Below, piece by piece: positions 13,291 to 25,464 of a DNA stretch of 64,000 bases. Numbering within the stretch: position 1 is the first letter of the stretch; each line of letters begins with the position of its first letter. The translations under genes and the position numbers were made by a program. A model generated the notes under the pieces. It did not search any database. It saw nothing but the letters and a program-made list of their open reading frames with translations, and had not been told where the DNA came from. The DNA comes from Takakia lepidozioides (Eukaryota; Plantae; Bryophyta): positions 57,474,001-57,538,000 of the forward strand of contig CM060734.1 of assembly GCA_030704615.1 (NCBI GenBank). The letters are read 5' to 3'.

Positions 13291-14017
13291 TGTCGCGCAC
13301 CTCACTTCGGTAAGCTCCCCTTCAAGTCATAGTTACTCGCTTTGATGCGCGCGCCTGACTCCCAACCTGGCCGCCGGGCCAACTTGGAGCTTCGGCTGCT
13401 CACCGGGACATAACGGTCCCCCTTCGCTCTCCCACTAAACCCTCCACCTATTTGGGCCTAGTGGAATTCCCTTTTGGTAGATGGCAGTCCGGAACAGCTC
13501 CCCACTCTTTGGTCGCTTTCCGGCTCGTTCGCTTACTCACTAGTTTTTGGTCACCAACGGGCTTGCACCGTTCTCGGGGTCACTACTCCCCTTATATATA
13601 CTTCTGTAGCTGTCCGCGGGGGTTTCACAACCAGCCATGCCATTTTATGGCGAACCACCACGAAAACCCTCGACTCCCGGTGGTGAGTCGCGGTGAGTCT
13701 TGGCCCACTCACCACGGCCCCATTGGGCCGTGATGAGTCCCAAGACTCCCCACGACTCCCACCACGAGGTCTCCACCCCATGGTGAGTCCTATGCCACCC
13801 CCACTAAGTCCCGCTAAGCTACCACCACCCCTTGTGGAGCCACCCCCACCGCAACCCGGTGTGCGGGGCTCCGCCTAGTGAGCGCCTCTGCCTCCTTGAA
13901 TGCCTTGGGCACTCAAGGGTGCTTCAGCCCCCGTACCTATCGCTGCTACTGCCCCCACCATAGGGGCAGCCCCTTCTGTGTCCCGACCCCTTGCCCTCAA
14001 GGCAAAGGGCCGCGACA
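13291..14017 (-). repeat. 5' LTR of chromovirus
   Basis: Direct repeat of 7060-7785, adjacent to the PBS. Confidence 0.95.
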
Positions 14018-14022
14018 CTCAT

Positions 14023-17000
14023 CCTCCGATGACGCATGTGCAATACCGCCCGTGGATCAGCCATGTCCACATGAAGAAGCAAATGTGGAGGAGATCACCA
14101 GTGTCATTCCTAAATTGAAAGCCATGGGTGGGATGACAGGATTCAAGAGTGAGTTGAGGGGGATAGACTAGAGCACTTTCAATATTCAGAGGGTGGCATT
14201 CTTGCCGGAATCTTTTGATGGTAATACTGTTTTCGAGCTGCCTCCTCCTGGTCGCGTGGGGGGCATTTCCAGTCTCCTAGAAGGAATGGACAAAAAGCAC
14301 GATGGGCACCCTTGGTGCCGCACAAAAACCTCCAATATTCACAACAACGACAACCTCATATTCAGGCGAACAGTCTGTAATGGGCACCTGAAATGCGAGA
14401 ACATGAAATGCAGACACTTCGCATTGTCAGGTGTGCAAAACCAAAGCGAATGGGATGGTGTTAGTGAGAATCCATTCAAGCCTGGGGTGACAGCACCATA
14501 CAGTAACACTTTTGTGTGCAAGTTCTGTAGGGTACCACCTTGCTGCCTTGCTTTGTGTGGCGCCAGAATGTACTATGTGGTGCATCGATTCAAAACCCTG
14601 ACTAGAGCTTGTGTCCATTTCGGTTTTCACAACCACCCTGTGTCCAAGGGGGATTATAGGGAGAGCGTTGACACAGTCTCGCGTCTGATAAGGCAAGAGT
14701 TGGATACCAATCCAACTGGAACCACATCTGCAATTGCCATGGGGGTGAGCAAGTCCTTTCTGGAAAGGCGTATTCTGTGTGCATCAAATTTGGTTGGAGG
14801 AATACTGGAGGGACCAGCTTTGGACATTGTTATGGACCATTTCTCAACTTTGACTTCTCCAAACATTAGGAATCAGGTGAACGCTTTAAGAATGGGCTAT
14901 GGGAGCCGAGGTTATATGGACAATATTATAGATTTGAAGAAAAGGAGCATGTACGACTACATCCAAGATAGCGTTTTCCCGGGACAAGGAGCCAGGAAAG
15001 TGTTCTTGTTCAAAATGTCCACAAAAGGTGAGGGGCAGCGGGGTCAGCCTGGTTAAACGTATGCAGAAGGGTGGCAATCATGGCAACTGCTTCCTTATGT
15101 TTGATCACGTCAAGAGGGTTAAAGACTGGACCACAATGGCATGTCATGTTTACGACCCTGTGTACCAACGGGTCATGACAATTGCAGTGTGTGACATGCA
15201 GTCAGAGGACACAGATTCACAGCAGCTCATGTGGGAAGCTCTCATTCGTGTTATGGCCTCCAATGGTCTCCCATCTCCCAATTTTGTTAGTTTCATGGCC
15301 GATAGTGCTCAAGCTAACTTCAACGCTATCCGCATTGTGTTCGGGACGGGAGATCCAAAAGTACTAATGCCTGGAAGAGAACGTACGTGTCTTTTCCATT
15401 GGACACAATCCTTGGACAAACACACAAAGACATACATCAAGCCAGATATGCAGAGTCAACTGTGCAAACAGTACAAAGACGCCAAAACTATGGGGGAAGC
15501 AGATACATTGTTCCAGACAATTCGTGCCTGGTGGTACTCATCTAGAGCGGCATCGGAGGACAGCATGAGGGCACTAGTTCGCATTTTGGCACTTCCGTTA
15601 TCGACAGTGGGGAGCGGCCATGACAACGGTGAGTGGTTTGCATTCACCTTCGTTTGGGTGCTTCGGATATATCTTTCAGGGTCCAATCCTAATATCGGCT
15701 TTGTGTTTTTTGCCTTGCAGCATATGTCCATTGAGGAGATGGCGGACATGCCTTCTTGCAATCTAGCGGAGACAGTGCACAATGCGTGGTTATAGCAATC
15801 CGGCAAAAAAGGAAGAGATTTGTATGCGGCGACGGCCGATGACCTTATTCGTGCTCTGCAGCAGCAAACCAGATACAAGTCATTCTTGAGGGGTGGCCTT
15901 GGTGGCAAAGGCCCGGACAAGAGCGAGTTGATGTTGCGAGCAGCTCGAAGATCAGGGGATCCCAGCAAAATAGCGCGGGCAGTGAGCATATGTGCAGATG
16001 GCACCCCTCTCGTGGGAAGAGTTCCCCATTTGGAAGGCGAAGAGAGATTCGGGTCTTGCAAATGGAAATTGGACACCCCTCCGGGATCGGATGCAGATTC
16101 CCATAGGGTGGACATGGTCAACTTCTCGACGCCACGTGTTCCCTTGGATCAGAGATGGAATTGCGGAACATCCACAGGTGAGGGCTATTCTGCCCTAGAC
16201 CGGACCCCTGCATCAAGCACTGTCACTGCAATGGTTGAAGACCAGAACGTGGTGCCGCATATAATCGAGTCCATGGGCTTGGACGAGGTTTGGTATATAG
16301 AACGCACAAGTGCTAGATCGCGTGTGAAATGCGCGGCGATCAAAGCCACCAATCATGAAAAATGTACATCATTAATATCCAGAAGGAAAGAACGCACTGT
16401 AGCTCCTACATTCACGGGTTTGTTTCTCCCTTACGGACAAGGCAAGGCAAAGAACCACAAGTTTTGGTTCTGCGCTGACGATTGTGGGAGATGTGTGCAT
16501 GTGACAGTGAGGCCTTCCGTGGTGAGGAAGCCTACTCCACCAACCGTGTGGCCTGTGAAGATGGGCACAGGTCTCACTCACCGAGAGATCGCAATGCTGG
16601 AAGAGGCGGGTTTCTCCCTAGCCAGACATTCCATTGCACGTGAAGGTGCTTCAAGTACAAGCGGTTCACGGGTACCTCCGCCTGACACTCACTTGTGGCC
16701 GACCAGACGGAATGGGAAGCTGGTTCGACGATTCCCTCCAACCGCAGAACACTACGGCAAAATTGAGTCCGCCATAATGCTTCACGCTCGTGTTGCGGGA
16801 ACAATGGAAGTGCCTGATCCAGGGTATGGTCGGGTGTTCACCATGATCTCATCCGCATCTGTGCTGCAGGACAGGACGTACGACATCACTGTTTCCAATT
16901 TTCCCAATTGTACATGTCCTGATTTTGTTGGGTATGCTTTCAAGTAGTTTGGGAAAGAGAGGGAAGTTCATACCGTGCAAACACCTTTACTTCGTCTTCT

Positions 17001-17104
17001 TGAGAAGGATGGTTTGTGATCCAAAACGCGACTTCTTCATTCACCAAGCCACTATGAGTTTCAACGAAGTCAACACACTTCTACAGCGGGATACAAGCCC
17101 ATAA
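14023..17104 (+). pseudogene. MULE-like DDE transposase with GCM/WRKY-like zinc finger and C-terminal SWIM
   Basis: WCRTKTSN...CNGHLKCENMKC...C..C..HNHP zinc finger; catalytic FDHVKR, FMADSAQAN, CLFHW, NLAETVHNAW; SWIM CTCPDF...PCKHLYF. Intron about 15630-15720; stops at 14169, 15793 and 16945; frameshifts near 15035 and 15570. Confidence 0.85.
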
Positions 17105-17286
17105 AAATCTGTGTTTTCCTTGATCTAAACTTGTAATGGAATGACTGTTCAAGTCCAGTGTCTCTCAATGTATGTCGTCTAACATCTTTGCTATGCGTGG
17201 GTGAATGCATTTGTCGCATTGGTTTGTCATTCTCTTTTCATTAGCAAACACAAGAAACTACCTTCAGATAGACAGATGATCAAATC

Positions 17287-17729
17287 AACCTCGTGTCAAC
17301 ACGAGGTTTACTTGAAGTTCTCCAAATCCCCATTGTGTCGACACAAGGTTGATTTTAGTTCTAAGAAAACAACATCGTGTCACACGAAGTTCATTTTTGT
17401 TGCAGGAAAACAACCTCGTGTTAACACGAGGTTTACTTGAAGTTCTCCAAATCCCCCTTGTGTCGACACAAGGTTCATTTTATTTCTAAGAAAACAACAT
17501 CGTGTCAACACGAAGTTCATTTTTGTTCCAGGAAAACAACCTCGTGTTAACACGAGGTTTACTTGAAGTTCTCCAAATCCCCCTTATGTCGACACAAGGT
17601 TCATTTTATTTCTAAGAAAACAACATCGTGTCAACACGAAGTTCATTTTTGTTCCAGGAATACAACCTCGTGTTAACACAACGTTCATTTCAGTTCTACA
17701 AAATGAAGCTCCTGTTAACAGAAGGTTGA
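17287..17729. repeat. Subterminal array: 11 palindromes (AACCTCGT-GTYRAC-ACGAGGTT) at 42-bp period, 126-bp higher-order unit
   Basis: Centres at 17295, 17337, 17379, 17420, 17462, 17504, 17546, 17588, 17630, 17672 and 17714. Confidence 0.93.
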
Positions 17730-19241
17730 ACTCCAGGAAAGCCCGAAACCCTTCATCCGTTTCACCTTTATGTGGTGAAATCAGCAGTTGGGGGCTCCAG
17801 GGTTATAGGCCCACCTTCTTTGTGGTGACGAGGCATGACCTGGACCAGGCTCACGCCACGTCAGCATCAGCGCCACATCATCGTTGTCTGAGCGTACGCT
17901 CACACGCTCACGCGGTAGCGTCGTTGATGACTATAATTGTGGGCTTGGCATAGACCATAATGTGATTGCATTGTCTAGGTTCTCAAGTGATGATCAACAA
18001 AACAATTGAGCCTCGTATTGTTTGTTTCTGCATGGTTTTAGTGGATGGATAACTTTCAAGCCTAAGAAGATTCAACAGTTCTGAGAGCAGAGCTGAAGCT
18101 ACCTCAACACAGTGATCAACATGATGACAGCCTAGCAGTCATCTGAACAGCTGCGAAGTGCTGATCAAGATTGGCACCCTCAAACTCCAGGTGCCTCTCT
18201 CAAACATAGTGTGCGCACATTGACTTACACTACATCCTTGTCCAATGAATAGGTCATTCTCCAGGGTTCTTTCCATGTAGGAGATGGCATTGAAACTCCA
18301 GCAAGACCAGCGGAGGGTATCAGCACAACGCCAGTGGTACCTTGACCGGCGACAACCAGAAGCTTCAGAACCAGCTAATTGCGGCCAGTGCCAAACCATC
18401 TGGTGGGTTGTGTTCAATGTTGTTACAATGGATGTTAGTGTGCACATGATTGGGTTTACGGGGGGTCATGTGTTTTGCTCCAATGTCGTTTGGTTTTTAT
18501 GGAGGCAATGCGCATTAATGTGGCATGTTTTGTGTGCATGCGTGGACAGCTGGTAAATGTTACACATTATGTCACTTTACTGTAACTGCAACAATTTGGT
18601 TGTCACAAAGCTGGTTATGCATTACTTTTCATGAATCTGGAAAAGCCTCACTAATCTTTTCAAGCTCTGCGGGTGATTTGGGGCTTAGTGACATTGCTTT
18701 GGATACATCTCATGTAAGCATTATGGTTGTGTATTTTGGATTGACGTTGACAGAACCATGGTAGGGTTTTGGACGTATCCTCAGAAACCTTCACATGTGG
18801 CATTGGGCTTGACCGCATGCTGATGAGTTGGGGTTCTTTGATGGCTCCAGACCTCGAGGAGTCTGCTCAGTCCCAAGGTGTCACATTGCCCTTCACAAAG
18901 GCATCGCGTGTGGACACAACGACATCTACGAATAGTGACTTTGAATTTTAACCATAGCTAAGATTGGAGAACTTCACTCATAACTACTCTGTAGTCCTTG
19001 AGTGTCAAAATCAGTTCCAAAAACACTTCTAGCAATGTCAATCCCCACTTACCTGAGACAGCTAAGAATCACTTCTCCCCATGGCTAGAGTTTTAGAGTC
19101 CTGAAAGGGTTACATTGCTTCAGGTCGTGACGTCGTAACACTACCCTGCCATTGAGAAGACAAGCAACTCATATTCACTCTAGAACAGTTTGATTTCTTT
19201 CTTTGTGTCAATATATCTAGCTCTACGAGCTTTGGTTTTTC

Positions 19242-19963
19242 CACTGTTGGGCGGTTCTCTGGTTTTGGGTGAAAGAACCGCCGGTTCCTGACCTGGGTAT
19301 ATGCCCCCTTAACCTCGGGTATTAAAATTTCAAATACCCTAGTCAAGATTGAACCGGCGGATACCAAAATCTATTTACCCTTGAACTTCACCAAACCGGT
19401 GGTTCTCTAATAGCTAGTATCCATAAGAACCTGACCTACCAGTTGGAATGAGAGGGGAGGGTAAGGGTAGCTGCACCCGACACATACCCTGGGTATAAGG
19501 GCAGTTATCTAAGGTTAGCGTGGAAGCCTTGAGGAAGAAGAAGGGTAGTGAAAATGCTAGAACTGAATGCCAACCGGCCAACTGTGCAATCTAGAGGAAG
19601 TTTAGTATTAGTTGTGCTAGAAAATGAGCGTAATTATTGACAATTGTGGCCATCTCATACATGCCCATTTATTTATTTATTTTGTCCATAATAACTTTTG
19701 AACTCAGAACCGGGACTCGGAACCGGGTCATCTCTCGGTTCTCTACGGTTCTCTACCCATATACCCGAGCACCAGATTTGGCGGATAATTGCATTAAAGA
19801 ACCGGTATAAAATATACCCGTGAAAATGTAACTCAGAGATATACTCTGCACCGCAGGTTCTCTAAGTGTCCAAGTACCCACCCTGGAGGTTCTCTATTTA
19901 CTTTCCACAAGATAGAACCTACCCTGCAGGTTCTACCCAAAACCAGAGAACAGCCCAACACTG
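19242..19963. mobile_element. Non-autonomous hAT-like MITE
   Basis: ~30-bp TIRs CA(C/G)TGTTGGGC(G/T)GTTCTCTGGTTTTGGGT; many internal GAACC/GGTTC motifs; T-rich flanks giving an imperfect TSD; no ORF. Confidence 0.75.
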
Positions 19964-20406
19964 GTTTTTTTCCTCTTGGGACAGTTATACCCATTTGTAC
20001 AGTCACCACTTGGGTCTTTTTATAAAGCTATGCAGGGTTTTTTCTGTTAAAGCAGAGTTACAAGCTTGATCACTTTTAGTATGCTCCTCAATATTTGGCT
20101 GTGACTGCCTCTTCCATAATATGGGATGGAATGGGATGGATGGATGCATTTGGTGTCACTTTATTTGGCTTCGTCATCAACTCCGTCCCCCCATGAAAAG
20201 CTGCTCCCCCCACTAATTCGGGGAAATGTATTAGGTGACGGCCATTGGGAGCCACGTTACCCAGCTGGTGAGGTAAAAGTTGCTCGAGGAGGGACCCGAG
20301 CTGGGGAAGGCCGGTAAACACACTTGAAAGATGTCAAGCTAACTGATTCCCCTGGATTGCGTCGCTCTGCCCCGTGCTTCCCTTTGGCGCTCCTCTCTCC
20401 CTCAAA

Positions 20407-23009
20407 ATGGCTTGCATTTGGCTTAAGAGTACTGACGATAAGCAGAAGCCGTGGATTGAGATGGAGAATGATCTAGGGCTCCTGGATGCATCCGGCATCG
20501 CAGAAAAAATTCATGTGCGACCTGAAAGCTTCACAGTGGGAGATATCCGCGGTAAGCGCCTTACAATCACATCCATCCGATCTCTTTTGGGAGAAGACGT
20601 AGGCGCTACTAAGGAGCATGCGGTGGTTGTCGATGGGGAGCCGATAAATCGGACAGGTATCAGGTCTTGTGGCTTGAATGAGGATACCTTTGGATTTTTT
20701 TATTAGCTACACAACCCTGGAGTGGCTAAGCAACGGGTCAAATTGGTGGCATGGAATCTGATTCAGCTTGTTCAGTTTTCTTGATCAATAACCTGGGAAT
20801 GTTTTATTCGCAGGTGAATATGAGGGTTCTAAGAGAAGGAAAATCTCTGGACTACCTGAAACCATCATTTCAGGTGTGTTAATTTCCTCTCACAGATATT
20901 TCCTTTTATCACACTTGCATACTTGCTTCTATATGACTCTATTGTATTATCTTGATGTCAGCAGGAGCAGCACCAGCAGCACCAACCAGAGTAGCAACAT
21001 CTACAACATCTACAAATCTGATGTTGTGGCACTTGCGGATCCCTTTGGCTAAGAAGTTGGCCGACTGCATCGTTGAGCGAGTTGTAGCAAACTCATCATT
21101 TGAGGATCCCAACACCTTGTTCAAGCTACCTTTTCCCACACTTGCGGGCATACCCGACCGCTTTAAGACGGAGGGTGGCTCTTGGTGGAGATACATGGGA
21201 CGTGAGAAATATCGAGAAGTGCGAAATGCATTTTTAAGGTTGAGACCTACAGGAGCTGAAGGTGATTGTCCACCAGATTTACCTGTGAAGGCAGATGCAA
21301 CTAACGAAGAATTATATGATCACTCAGAAGCAGTCTTGTGGGGCAACCTTGGCAATGGAAAGTCGCATATTTTAGCGGCACTAGCATGTGATCTGATGTG
21401 CGCATTCCGTAAGATGGCCACTGGGGAGCAGCAATACCAACGGGTTGTGTACCTACCTGACTGCCGTAAGCTCCTGCATGACGAACGGCTGATTCTTGAA
21501 ATGCAGAAGGCATTAATCTTAGCCTATGCAGATGATAGTGCAACATGCATGCGAATAGCCGCATTGCAAGATGATGTGTCCATGGTGAATTTTTACGAAC
21601 AAGAGGCAAGCAAAGGTGTTCGTATTTACTTGATAGTTGATCAGGACAATGAGTTGGACCCTACTCATGATGTGCAGAAGAGGGCAGCAGCAGCACGCAA
21701 ACTGATCGTGAGATGTACCTCTTTTCATGTAATCCTTAGGGGTGCATGTGCAAACAACGATAGTTGCCAAAAGTGGAAAATAAAACAATTGAATATAACC
21801 AAGATCTGGCTTTTTGGTGGATTTACAGAGAATGAGTATAGTTGTTGGAAGCGACACTTCGCAACCCCGCAGTCAACGTTAGCCATGGAAGTTGGTGGAA
21901 CACACCCAATTGCAAGCACAATGGTGTTGTCAGAGGAGGAGGAAGAGAGGGTGAAGGATGCAACAGGTTGCCTTCCACTATTTTTACAATGTTGGTGTGT
22001 AAAGGAATATGATGAGACACCAAAGGAGAAATGGGAGAGGTTTGTCAACATGCCAGTGGTTACTGCAGCAAGGCATGTTTTACGGATACAAGTGTGCAAG
22101 AAGCTGGCAGCAGATAATAACCTAAAGGAATTCCGTGATATGTATATGGCATTCATGACTGGGGACAAAGTGCAAGCAACTGAGATAGCCTATGATTGCC
22201 AATATCTTTATGTAGACACCTCGCAGACTGGCAGATGTGTGTGTGGGTTGGTCAGGAACATCCTAGCAGAGGAAATTCAACATATTGACCGAGATACCTT
22301 TTTGAATTCCAAATGGAAGTCGGCCATCTCCAGGGAAACCCAAGAGCCACATCCTAATCTTTCTTTATTAGGTTTTCTGGTGGAGCAACAGATGCTGGCA
22401 CAAGCATGGAAGAGTGGAATCCCGCTGTATGCAGAGAATGTCAAAACTCTTGACAACATTGTGTATTTTAACTCCAAGCAAGAAAGCACTTTGGGCTTGG
22501 TAGAGGGGTGCATATTGTATGTCCCATCAGCATTCAATTACAAAAGGGTGGATGCCATTGTACGAGAATGGGCTCCAAGATCTAAACCTGGTCGTAAGGT
22601 TGTTGCTTCCTTGAAAGAGTTGACAGGGGCTAGCCCACCATTGGCGGATATCTTGAAATCTTATCAGAACCGAAACTTGCATGTTGCAGCAGTGCAAATC
22701 ACCATTGGAGATCTCGACATGCACATGAGCTCAGAAAAAGAATTCTGGAACCCAGAAGTCAGCAATGTTTGGTTTCAAGACGAGAATGCAGAAGATGCTG
22801 CCAAGTGGTTTATTTGGTATGCAAGGGCATCTTGCATAAAAAAAAAGGAGCATGCCGCAGAGGAGATGTATCCCTATATGTATGCTGGGAGGGAAATTCA
22901 GGGCACAACGAGGAAGATGTTGGTGAAGGAGAGGAGCCACGTCACTGTGTTTCTGCCTGTTGAGCAATTTGAGCCGTCTTTGAAGTACCTCAAGGGAAAC
23001 ATGGACTGA
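20407..23009 (+). CDS. Crinkler/RHS-type (CR) protein: N-terminal header + P-loop NTPase + restriction-endonuclease-like domain, about 785 aa
   Basis: join(20407-20656, 20814-20873, 20962-23009) is in phase with no stops. Walker A GNLGNGKS, Walker B YLIVDQDN, REase-like YVPSAFNYKRVDAI...AVQITIG, basic KRRK motif in exon 2. Confidence 0.8.
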
Positions 23010-25464
23010 CGGAGTTTCTGATGATATATTGTGTCACTCACTGCAGTGCTGATGGAAAATGATCGGGAGACAGGAAATGGCACAGGCCTTGCAAGTAAAC
23101 GTCTTCCCCATGGTAATATTGACAACAGGTGCTCCATTCAGGGCGTCCCTCAGTACTATTGACATGGCCTTGAAAGGTCTGTGGATGCTTGGAACCATAA
23201 GGCAGCCTTTGTTTTGCCATTCATTTTGGGGACATGTTTGACGGTTGCTACCCCGGGGAGGAGTCCCAGATAGCATTTAGCAGGGTATTGAGTGAGTTCA
23301 ATGGCTTTCAGGGGGGTCGTGTCTATCATATGCTAGGGAATCAAACTTGCCACGTGCTGAACTGAACCATTTGCTAGGCATTTCGCCTTCTTTGGATAGT
23401 CACAACTACTACTCTTTCTGTCCCTACCCCCGGTTTCGAGTGTTGTCTTGGATGGCTATGACGTGAGTGGCCTGAGGGACACCCGCACACTGAAGCTGGC
23501 GTCAAATTACTTGAAACCAAGAACCCAAATGTTGAAAGGGATTGTTGTGTGACTTTCCCACATATTCATCTTCCCCTTGCAAACCTAAACATTGTTGACA
23601 ACATTCAGGGTAAAAGCTATGAAATGTCTGGTAAATATTGACCAGACCTGGTCCTTGAAAAATGTAATACCAGAACAATACTGGACCAGACCAAAAGTCC
23701 AGAATTAAGAAATCTATGACCCTGCTACACGGGATGATTGACTAAAAATGCATTACTTTAGATGCCATCCGGTTAGTTCCAACAAGAGATAATCAGGGAA
23801 CACAACTATGTGCCCATATTCCACCAAATTCGCATTCTATCTTGTGGACTGTCTCCATCACCTTGTCAAAGTTCCAGGGTAGTGTCGAAGGGGACGCTGC
23901 CTCAGCATTCAGTGGCAAACACATTTCTCTCTTGGCAATCAGTGGCTTCCTCAGGCATCTGTCAAACCAGGCTAACTGCCCGTGTCCAATGCCCCCATTG
24001 ACCATCACAAACTTTCTCTCAAGTACTCTGGGCTATTGTGGAACTATGACTCTGGCCATGGTCAATAGGGCCCGGCCAGGGAAGTATTGGAAATGTTTGC
24101 TGCACATGCATTTGATTAATTGACCCATGAGACCAGTTGCAGTTCTGTAGTCATCATCAACTCAATCACTGTGCAGCATTGGCATCTTACAGCTCACCAG
24201 CCAGAGGGTTTACCACTAGCTTTAGGTTTAGACAACTGTCTGATATGAGGACCACTCTAGGATGGGACCTCCTGATAACCCCATGGTGCCGGAATGACGG
24301 CACTTTGGGCATGCTAACGGTCTACTGTTTTTTGGGTGTTTCCTGATAATTCATTCTCTCTCTCTGCCAGTTGTTTTACCCTCTTGGGGCTTTCTGTAGA
24401 CAATATTCCTTTCTTTCGTCCTCACTTTCACTTTCTCTTTAACCAAAGAGATTTGGGGGAGCACCAAGGGTAAGTACTTCTCTCACTTTATAGCATGGCT
24501 TCTCAGGTCCTATCTTGGACATTGTAATGTTTATTTCTTTCACTCTGTATTATTACCGGCTTGGCTATGGGCAGGGGTGAGATTCCTTGCATGTCTGTTA
24601 CTACCTTCTTTGAGAACTTTAGAACTTTGTGGAGTTCGTAAGGTACAATTATTTCTGCCTAGCAGATGAACGTGGTTACCTTCTTTGTGAATATTAGGTG
24701 GTGACAGAGATCATGATGGAGATTTACAAGATTACCAAGCATCAAGTTTTCTTTGAGCATACCCAGTGAGGAAAGCTGATACACACCAAGTCTTGTGACA
24801 TGTGAGAATTAGACCCACCAAAGTGGTCTTCACAGCAGTGGCCCAGTTGGCCCAGCCCAATACTTCCTGGGCTAGGCAATGTGGCCAGAGTCACCTAATT
24901 AGTCACTTCTTGACTCTTATCATGCACAGGGCATGATGACTACACATCTAAGTGTGTCGCTCTACCCTAATGTAGAGCCCACATAATCTCCAGCTCTGCC
25001 TTAGAATGCCCTTTGAACTTCTTCGAGAAAAGCCATGTAATTATGGGCATAGCATTCTGTGCTTGTGTATCAATGGTAGTATTGTTTGGAAAAGATCCAG
25101 AGGTAGAGTCTGACAGAAGGGAGCACAGCGCTGGTGCTGGTGCCAACACGGGAGCTTTGTGTGCATGTCTGTGGAGTAACAGAGCAGCTGCTGCATCGCT
25201 TTCATTGGCTGGTGCCTGGCTGTGTCATGGAGGGTGAAAAACACTCAAAGGAGAAAGCCGGCCTTCACAAAGGTCTGTAATTGTAATGGTCTGTCTTTAT
25301 GCACTGAGATGGCAATGGTTCTCTCCGAGTTCTGCTTTCAGTTTTTGAAGTGAAAAATTCTATAGATGATATGGTCCCAGCTTCTGAGTCTGGATTCATC
25401 AACCTATGAGTTCATCAACCTTGCCAGTCTCTGCCCTTCTCTCGATCCTTCTCTGTGACAAGCG

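Larger units (their letters stand above)
7060..14017 (-). mobile_element. Full-length Ty3/gypsy chromovirus LTR retrotransposon
   Basis: TG..CA LTRs at 7060-7785 and 13291-14017 (about 5 substitutions + 1 indel); TSD CTCGT (7055-7059) / CTCAT (14018-14022); tRNA-iMet PBS; PPT; gag-PR-RT-RH-IN-chromodomain order. Confidence 0.97.
1..17935. mobile_element. Large Mutator/MULE-like DNA transposon carrying a ParB-methyltransferase cargo gene; left end outside window, right end approximate
   Basis: DDE/SWIM transposase on +, divergent cargo gene on -, a palindrome family shared between the cargo introns and the right subterminal array (17287-17729). No TIR pair or TSD can be seen in this window. 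Confidence 0.7.

Noticed and set aside
17287-17729. CRISPR array
   Set aside because: The spacers themselves repeat with a 126-bp period, so this is a tandem subterminal repeat.
18960-19232. LINE 3' remnant sharing AGCTCTACGAGCTTT with 48290-48304
   Set aside because: Only a 15-nt match; too little to support a call.
20952-23009. NLR/NB-ARC or bacterial restriction enzyme contamination
   Set aside because: No RNBS/GLPL/MHD or LRR motifs; it has spliceosomal introns and fits the CR NTPase+REase layout better.
23606-23724. Tiny hAT-like MITE (CAGGGT...ACCCTG)
   Set aside because: Only a 6-bp terminal match and no TSD.
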